Source: Ignavibacteriota bacterium
GTDB taxonomy: Bacteria > Bacteroidota > Ignavibacteria > UBA10030 > UBA6906
Length of the DNA: 64,000 nt
Assembly (NCBI GenBank): GCA_963801355.1
Contig: CAWDEM010000008.1
Coordinates: 2,464,001-2,528,000 of the forward strand
Direction of reading: 5' to 3'
Below the pieces are notes generated by a model. It searched no databases. It worked only from the letters and a program-made list of their open reading frames with translations, and was not told where the DNA came from. Below are positions 58,190 through 64,000 of the stretch, one piece after another. A program made the translations under genes and the position numbers. Numbering within the stretch: position 1 is the first letter of the stretch; each line of letters opens with the position of its first letter.

Positions 58190-60070
58190 TCATTCACGTC
58201 CACCGGATGCTCCGTGGAGGTGTGCCTCCAGGCGCCGCGCCAGTGTGCGTCGGCACTTCTCAAACTCATACCCGCGCGTGGCCCACAAGGGCTGATCGCG
58301 CTGGCTGGTAAATGTCGTTCCGTTGTAGTCATTGAACGCCGACGGGACCACGGCGTCCACCACGTCGTTCACAGGAATCCCTGCGCGCGACGCCAGCCAG
58401 AGATATTCGTAGTCCTGCACGCCCCGTCGCAGATTCTTCATCCGGATGCTCGCAACCGGTCCCTTGAGCCCGCGGCTATCACCCGGATGCTTGCGATCTT
58501 CTCCGGTATACACGATGATGCCGGCCGCACGGGGATCCTGCCACACGTTGATGTCGCCGGATGCATAGTAGGCGACCTCCCAGAATGAGTACATGTCGGC
58601 ACCGTACTTCCATGCGATCCAGGGATTGACCCGTGCATCCGCCGCAAAGTTGTCAATCGGGCCCGGATCAGCGAACGAGGGACGCTGGCCATTGTAGAAT
58701 CCCACCTTCTCCCCTGCAGCCCTGCGACCGGGAACGATATGGATATCGAATCCCGTCGTTCCCCCGCTGTCTTTCCATCCGGAATGACCCGTGACCAACC
58801 AGAACGTAATCGCTCCGTAGAGCTCCTCACCGATACGCGTCGTTACCAGCGTGTTGAGCGCTTTGCCCGGACCCTCCCCCGATCTGATCCAGAGCGCCTT
58901 CTTCCTGACTTCAGGCCATCGGGAGTAGGGTGGTTCATCATCAAGGTACTTGAACCGGACGACCGCAGGAGCGCGTTCCCGGAACCATCCCTCCCAGGCG
59001 TCCGCCGCAGCGCTCCAGCTCTCGGGCGTATCGGGAAAAAATCCAGAACGAAATCCGCTCGACGGTTGATCATACGTACCGATGCTGTATGTCTGGTTGC
59101 CAATACCGACCCCGGGGCCATCATACCCGTTGCGCGCGGCGTAGCTCTCACCGGTGTAGTAGCCTGCGAGCCGCTCGCGGAACGTGTCGAGCGTTAACAC
59201 GCCATCCGTCAAGTCCAGCCGATGGCGATGAAATGTCTTCATGTACGCATCAAAGAGAGACCAGTACGCCGGCGAATCCTTTTCAGGACCATGACGTTCG
59301 GGAATTGTCGGCCAGCCCCAGAAGAAATGCGTATGCAGATGTGTCGTATCGGGAAGGGCGAAATCGTACACCCTGAGCCTGACCGGAAGTGAAAACGTCG
59401 TTGTGTCAGACTCCAGGACACGAAACGTTCCTGAAAATTCTCCCGCGGGGGCATCGGGCGGGATGAAGATGTCAACCCAGACCGCCTGATTTTTTCGCGC
59501 CCCGATGTGAAACGGTCTCCCGCCGGCGCCGTGATCGAACGTTCCCCGTGTCTCCGCAGGAACCAGCGCATCAGGGATCCATCCGAGGTGTTCCTTGTCG
59601 GGCAACGGACGTGCGGAGGCAAACCACCACGTGCTCCGTTCTGTCACTTCCATATAGCTTTCAAGGAACAGTTCGATACGCCTTCCCACAAAATCAAACG
59701 GCCCTTCGACAGGAGCCCTGTTCTTGAGCACATACCCGTCGTGCTGGAGACTGTCCAGCCTTACGTCCACATTCCTGGCCCCGGCTCCTTCCGCCTCGAT
59801 GATCACCTGAAAACCGATGACCTCGTTGCGGGCTCCTTCAATATGAATCGTCCGGCCATCCCATACATGGTTCTCGGAATTGCCTTCGGCCCAATGGTCC
59901 AGATCGTCCTGTCGCACCTTTTCGCTTTCGTCAACAGCCCAGACTGCAGTCACGCCGGGGAGTGTCGAGGAGCCATGGCAGCAGCAAAGAACGAATACAG
60001 ACAAAGGGAACAGAATCAGAAGTGCTATGGGAGGAAGGATTGCCGGCTCAGCAGCAGCACCGGAGCGCAT
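58190..60070 (-). CDS. DUF4091-domain protein (GH123-like putative glycoside hydrolase)
   Basis: GARNE..FQV, VYDFALP, YLDDEP acidic pair, SIRMKNLRRGVQDYEYL. Confidence 0.72.
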   Translation of the reverse strand: MRSGAAAEPAILPPIALLILFPLSVFVLCCCHGSSTLPGVTAVWAVDESEKVRQDDLDHWAEGNSENHVWDGRTIHIEGARNEVIGFQVIIEAEGAGARNVDVRLDSLQHDGYVLKNRAPVEGPFDFVGRRIELFLESYMEVTERSTWWFASARPLPDKEHLGWIPDALVPAETRGTFDHGAGGRPFHIGARKNQAVWVDIFIPPDAPAGEFSGTFRVLESDTTTFSLPVRLRVYDFALPDTTHLHTHFFWGWPTIPERHGPEKDSPAYWSLFDAYMKTFHRHRLDLTDGVLTLDTFRERLAGYYTGESYAARNGYDGPGVGIGNQTYSIGTYDQPSSGFRSGFFPDTPESWSAAADAWEGWFRERAPAVVRFKYLDDEPPYSRWPEVRKKALWIRSGEGPGKALNTLVTTRIGEELYGAITFWLVTGHSGWKDSGGTTGFDIHIVPGRRAAGEKVGFYNGQRPSFADPGPIDNFAADARVNPWIAWKYGADMYSFWEVAYYASGDINVWQDPRAAGIIVYTGEDRKHPGDSRGLKGPVASIRMKNLRRGVQDYEYLWLASRAGIPVNDVVDAVVPSAFNDYNGTTFTSQRDQPLWATRGYEFEKCRRTLARRLEAHLHGASGGRE

Positions 60071-60170
60071 CAACCATCGATCCCTTCTGGAACAAAGTGG
60101 TTCAATGTACCGTCATCGGGCAAAAAATGCAACAATTTATCGGATTATTGAGGTTTTTTAATCAAGCCCC

Positions 60171-62954
60171 TCAACGCAGAAGGAGCATCTTGCGTGTGTC
60201 CCTGTGGGTGGTCGTCTGTAACTCGTAGATGTATGTGCCGCTGGCAAGGTTGCCCGGTGTGAAGACCGCGTGATGGACACCGGCGGCCCGCGTTTCATCA
60301 CACAGGACGGCGACTTCCGCGCCCTGGAGATCGAATACTTTGAGCGTGACGTGCCCTTCTTCCGGCAAAACGAACTGAATGGTCGTCCCGGGATTGAACG
60401 GATTGGGATAGTTCTGGCTCAGCGTGTAACGTTCCGGCAGAATCACGTTGACGCTCTCCGCCGCTGACGGCCCCAGCCGGGTCAGAACAATGTCGTCAAT
60501 CACGTACTCGTCACCCGGCGAGGCGTAGGGTGGAAACCAGAACCGCAGACGCCCGTCGGACACGGTTGCATCAATGTTCTCGGTGTCAAAGTTCAGACTG
60601 AACCACCTCCACGCGGGGTCCAGGTCGACCTCTGCGGACCGGAGCCCGTAGTTGGTGTACGGGGCGACGTTCTTGAGCAGACTCACGTTGAAATCATGCC
60701 CGGTTGCTGAACGCGCGGCAAACGTCAGACGATACCGGCTGGATGGCTCCACGGTGAGACCTGCCCGATACACCTGGATGTTGTCGTTGACCTGGGTAAT
60801 ACTGACTTTGCCCGCAAGCGTCCCTTCGTACGCCGTGGTGCAGGCACTAAACGTGCCCTCCCCGTTGGTGTAGAATCCCCACCCCGTCAATCCGGATTCG
60901 AAGCCGCCGTTATCGACCAGATTCTGCGCGCCCTTCCCGGGATTCTCAGAGCCGGACAATGTGGTGAAGGTCGCCACCGCGGACCACGGACCCGCCCCCA
61001 TGGAGTTGAATGCTCTCACCCGCACAAAGTACGATGTGCCGCTTCCCAGGGCGGAAATCGGATAGGCCGTCACTGTCACTCCGGTCTCGTCGACAACGTT
61101 GGAAGCGAATGACGCGCTCGTCGAGATCTGGATCTGGTACCACGCCGCAAACCGGGGGTTCGACCAATGCACGAGTGCCGTGAGAGGTAACGGGGCGGAT
61201 CCGGAGCCTGGTGCGGAGAGAATGGGTGCATCCGGCGTCTGGTCGATACTGACAGAGCCGTCATATTCGTGGATACCCACGTCCGGGGCACTTCCGACCA
61301 TACGCTGCCGATAGCCGGAGACCGTCGAGTACGTGGCAGCGATGAAGACTCCCCGGTCCACACCCACGGTGACGTTGTCGGTGGTATAGAGGATGTTGTT
61401 GTCATAGTCGATGTGCCGTAATTCAGCGCGCACACCGTCGACACTGATGCTGTCGCCCCGATCGTACGGGCTGTCGCCCCACGCATAGTGGAAATAGCTC
61501 GCGTCACTGACGTAGATTGCATCCGATCCGCTTGTGGGCCGCACCGTCGCAGTAAGGGGAACTGCCCGATCGATGCATGGGGAGAGCTCAGAGAGGGTGA
61601 AATCACGATGCTCCTGCATCCCTAGCGAGTCCCTCCACATCGGGGAATCCTCGAAGTTTGATGGCGCCCATACGTTCGGCATCCGGTTCTTGAGCTGTGC
61701 AAGCGTCAGCCACGAATTGGTCGGCCCTGCAGTGCTCCAGAATGCAACGACACTCCCCGGCGTGCCATTCCAGACGAGATTGCACCGGAACGTGTCGCTC
61801 ACCGTGCTGAATGTCTTCCCCTGGTCCACCCACGAAATCGGATAGCTGCCGTCCCGGGCATTCGGGTATGCAATGATGTTGTTGACAAATACGTTCCGCC
61901 CGAAATCCCACACACCAGGATTGTCGTTCTGGATCAACAGGCTGTGTCTGTCGGCTGCAGTCCCGGACTTCCCCATAAAGACGTTGTGGTAGACACGGTT
62001 GTCCACCGGAGTGGAGATCGCGGTGTTGGTGACAAAGCTGTTGTTCGAACCGGGGTTTCTCTCCAAACTGCCCAGGCTCGAGGAGTCATCATAGAATGCG
62101 TTATAGCGAATGATGCTCGTATGGGGGCTGAATTCACAGCTGACCCCTCCCCTGTAGGTATCCACTTCGCCGGGGGACCATGCAAGGTTCCCCTCATAGA
62201 GGCAGCGTGACGTATGGTCGGTGTTGCCAATCCCCACATGACAGTCGTACGCGCGATTGTTGCGCACGATGTTGTACGAATCACCCGGGACGCCGTATGG
62301 AACTGCAATCCCGAAATGACTCACATTGACGATGGTGTTCCCTTCGATAATATTGTACCGTGAATTACCAAACACACATATGCCATCCCCGCGCAGCTGG
62401 TCGCTTGTGATGTCATGATCCTGCCGATCGACGAAGTTGCCGATGAACCTGTTGTAGTCGGTCCCTGAGAACTTGACGGCCGGCCAATCTCCCCATGCCG
62501 GATTGTTATGCGTGCTCCCGCCATAGATGCGGCAATTCAGGATGGCATTATGCGATCCGCCCGTCACGGTGACCGCGGGGGTGCACGCGTAGTGGGCCAT
62601 TTGCAGGCGCAACCCCTGCACGATAATGTAGGATCTGTTGGTAAGGGAAAGCACCGTGTTGTTGATGTACAGTGAGCAGACGTCCGCCTGATAGTTCATG
62701 TACACCAGCGGGTTTCCCGCAGAACCGGAGTTTTGCGGATTGATCTGCGCGGTGTATACCCCTGCCATGATATACACCGTGTCTCCTGCAACGAGCATGC
62801 GGTTGGCTTTGTCGATCGTCCGCCACGGCTGTGCAAGCGTCCCGGCGTTGTCGTCGTTGCCGTGCGTGGCAACCGCAAATGATCTCCCCCACGTGGATGA
62901 CACCTCGCTGAGGCCGAGGACTGCCACTGCGACGACCAACAGCCATTGCTTCAT
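60171..62954 (-). CDS. T9SS substrate: beta-helix + FN3 + CBM4/9-like + CTD (paralog of 54349-58083)
   Basis: GNDDNAGTLAQPWRTI, AGDTVYIMAGVY, SPCIDRA, APDVGIHE, NGGFESG..GW, QNYPNPFNP. Confidence 0.85.
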   Translation of the reverse strand: MKQWLLVVAVAVLGLSEVSSTWGRSFAVATHGNDDNAGTLAQPWRTIDKANRMLVAGDTVYIMAGVYTAQINPQNSGSAGNPLVYMNYQADVCSLYINNTVLSLTNRSYIIVQGLRLQMAHYACTPAVTVTGGSHNAILNCRIYGGSTHNNPAWGDWPAVKFSGTDYNRFIGNFVDRQDHDITSDQLRGDGICVFGNSRYNIIEGNTIVNVSHFGIAVPYGVPGDSYNIVRNNRAYDCHVGIGNTDHTSRCLYEGNLAWSPGEVDTYRGGVSCEFSPHTSIIRYNAFYDDSSSLGSLERNPGSNNSFVTNTAISTPVDNRVYHNVFMGKSGTAADRHSLLIQNDNPGVWDFGRNVFVNNIIAYPNARDGSYPISWVDQGKTFSTVSDTFRCNLVWNGTPGSVVAFWSTAGPTNSWLTLAQLKNRMPNVWAPSNFEDSPMWRDSLGMQEHRDFTLSELSPCIDRAVPLTATVRPTSGSDAIYVSDASYFHYAWGDSPYDRGDSISVDGVRAELRHIDYDNNILYTTDNVTVGVDRGVFIAATYSTVSGYRQRMVGSAPDVGIHEYDGSVSIDQTPDAPILSAPGSGSAPLPLTALVHWSNPRFAAWYQIQISTSASFASNVVDETGVTVTAYPISALGSGTSYFVRVRAFNSMGAGPWSAVATFTTLSGSENPGKGAQNLVDNGGFESGLTGWGFYTNGEGTFSACTTAYEGTLAGKVSITQVNDNIQVYRAGLTVEPSSRYRLTFAARSATGHDFNVSLLKNVAPYTNYGLRSAEVDLDPAWRWFSLNFDTENIDATVSDGRLRFWFPPYASPGDEYVIDDIVLTRLGPSAAESVNVILPERYTLSQNYPNPFNPGTTIQFVLPEEGHVTLKVFDLQGAEVAVLCDETRAAGVHHAVFTPGNLASGTYIYELQTTTHRDTRKMLLLR

Positions 62955-63348
62955 GTACCCGTCCCTTGAATGTGAGCCTTCTCATGTGCTGTAGGTCACA
63001 CCGCATGCCACGGATGACGAGAGTGCTGGCAGTGGGATTCGGGCGAAAACACAGGGAAAGTTCGGGTTCCGGGCGGACAGAAGTGTGCAAGCACAACATG
63101 CGTGAGATGTTTACCAACAGATTCTACAACTTGTGGAACGGCGTGCCTGCATCGGGCATCACAGGCGTGGAATGCCTCATGCGCTCACACCCCGTCACCT
63201 ATGTCGATACCTGGTCAGAGGGGAAGAGAACGACTGATGCGCCGGAAGATCGCATGAGAACTGTCGTTGCGGTGATACGCAAATCTTTGCGGGGTGGAGA
63301 ATTGACGGGGAGTTTCTTACATTGAAGGAACTCTGTGAGGGTGATTTC

Positions 63349-64000
63349 ATGGCAGATACAGGTGTGCTCCAGGTTATCCAGTATCAGAAAACAGGGAAGA
63401 TTTCAGTCGAACGCTTGCCTGCCCCTCCCCTTCGTAATGGGGGTATCCTCGTACAGAACCGATTTTCGCTGATCAGTGCGGGCACCGAACGGACATCGGT
63501 CGAGACTGCTCAGGCGTCGCTCGTAGGCAAGGCGCGGTCCCGCCCCGACCTTGTGAAACAGGTGATTGACAATGCCCGCCTCGAAGGCGCCGTTGCGACA
63601 TATCGCAAAGTCCAGAACCGGCTCGCAAACTACAAAGAACTCGGCTACAGCTCCGCAGGAATTGTCCTCGCATCAGATGTGGATGCGTTCCGGATCGGTG
63701 ATCGCGTAGCCTGTGCCGGGTACGCGTACCACTCCGAAGTAGTCTCCATCCCACGAAACCTTGCAGTCCGGGTGCCCGATGGGGTCTCCCTTGACGAGGC
63801 CGCATTCGCCACGCTGGGAGCGATCGCGCTCCAGGGCGTCCGCCGTGCCGGGATCCACCTGGGAGAAACCGTCGTGGTCATCGGCCTGGGACTGATCGGC
63901 CTGATCACGGTGCAACTCCTCAAAGCTGCCGGCTGTCGCGTTGCGGCTCTCGACATCAGCAAGGCAAACTTCGCCCTGGCGAACGATCTTGGATGTGATG
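63349..64000 (+). CDS. Bi-domain oxidoreductase (MDR dehydrogenase N-part, polysaccharide-cluster type), partial
   Basis: Manual translation MADTGVLQVIQYQKTG...SLISAGTE...KARSRPDLVKQV...LGYSSAG...GLGLIG. Confidence 0.82.
   Translation, partial: MADTGVLQVIQYQKTGKISVERLPAPPLRNGGILVQNRFSLISAGTERTSVETAQASLVGKARSRPDLVKQVIDNARLEGAVATYRKVQNRLANYKELGYSSAGIVLASDVDAFRIGDRVACAGYAYHSEVVSIPRNLAVRVPDGVSLDEAAFATLGAIALQGVRRAGIHLGETVVVIGLGLIGLITVQLLKAAGCRVAALDISKANFALANDLGCD

Noticed and set aside
63121-63139. TTCTACAACTTGTGGAA resembling a Cas12a repeat hairpin
   Set aside because: Single imperfect copy, no array or cas genes

Overview
High-GC chromosomal window. Many T9SS C-terminal-domain (CTD) proteins, a PorV-type barrel, canonical Shine-Dalgarno sites and TTGACA-N17-TAnnnT promoters suggest an Ignavibacteria/KSB1-like FCB-group bacterium (inference). 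Most genes are on the minus strand. In order: nuoA (partial), a small orphan gene with a sigma54 promoter, queC-fumarase-acyl-CoA ligase, and a complete methylmalonyl-CoA mutase / MeaB / epimerase / Na+-pumping decarboxylase operon ending in uppP. Next come a carotenoid + photolyase cluster with a CarH/LitR-like B12 regulator, housekeeping and signalling genes, and a Cys-repeat metal-binding protein. The best candidate for an undescribed system is a 13.4-kb locus (35234-48659) that looks like a cyanophycin utilization locus. It encodes a PepT-like M20 peptidase, an exported cyanophycinase, a YfcC transporter, a duplicated-domain T9SS protein, an RpiR regulator, a TonB-dependent receptor, a large CTD protein, a PorV-like barrel and a T9SS adhesin-domain protein. 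Its two promoters share a 20-bp operator-like motif at the same position. The window ends with a PDZ-GAF-PP2C sensor, fadL, two beta-helix/FN3/CBM T9SS proteins flanking a DUF4091/GH123-like gene, and the start of a bi-domain oxidoreductase. I saw no rRNA, tRNA, CRISPR array or mobile element. All calls are by motif recognition; no database searches were run.
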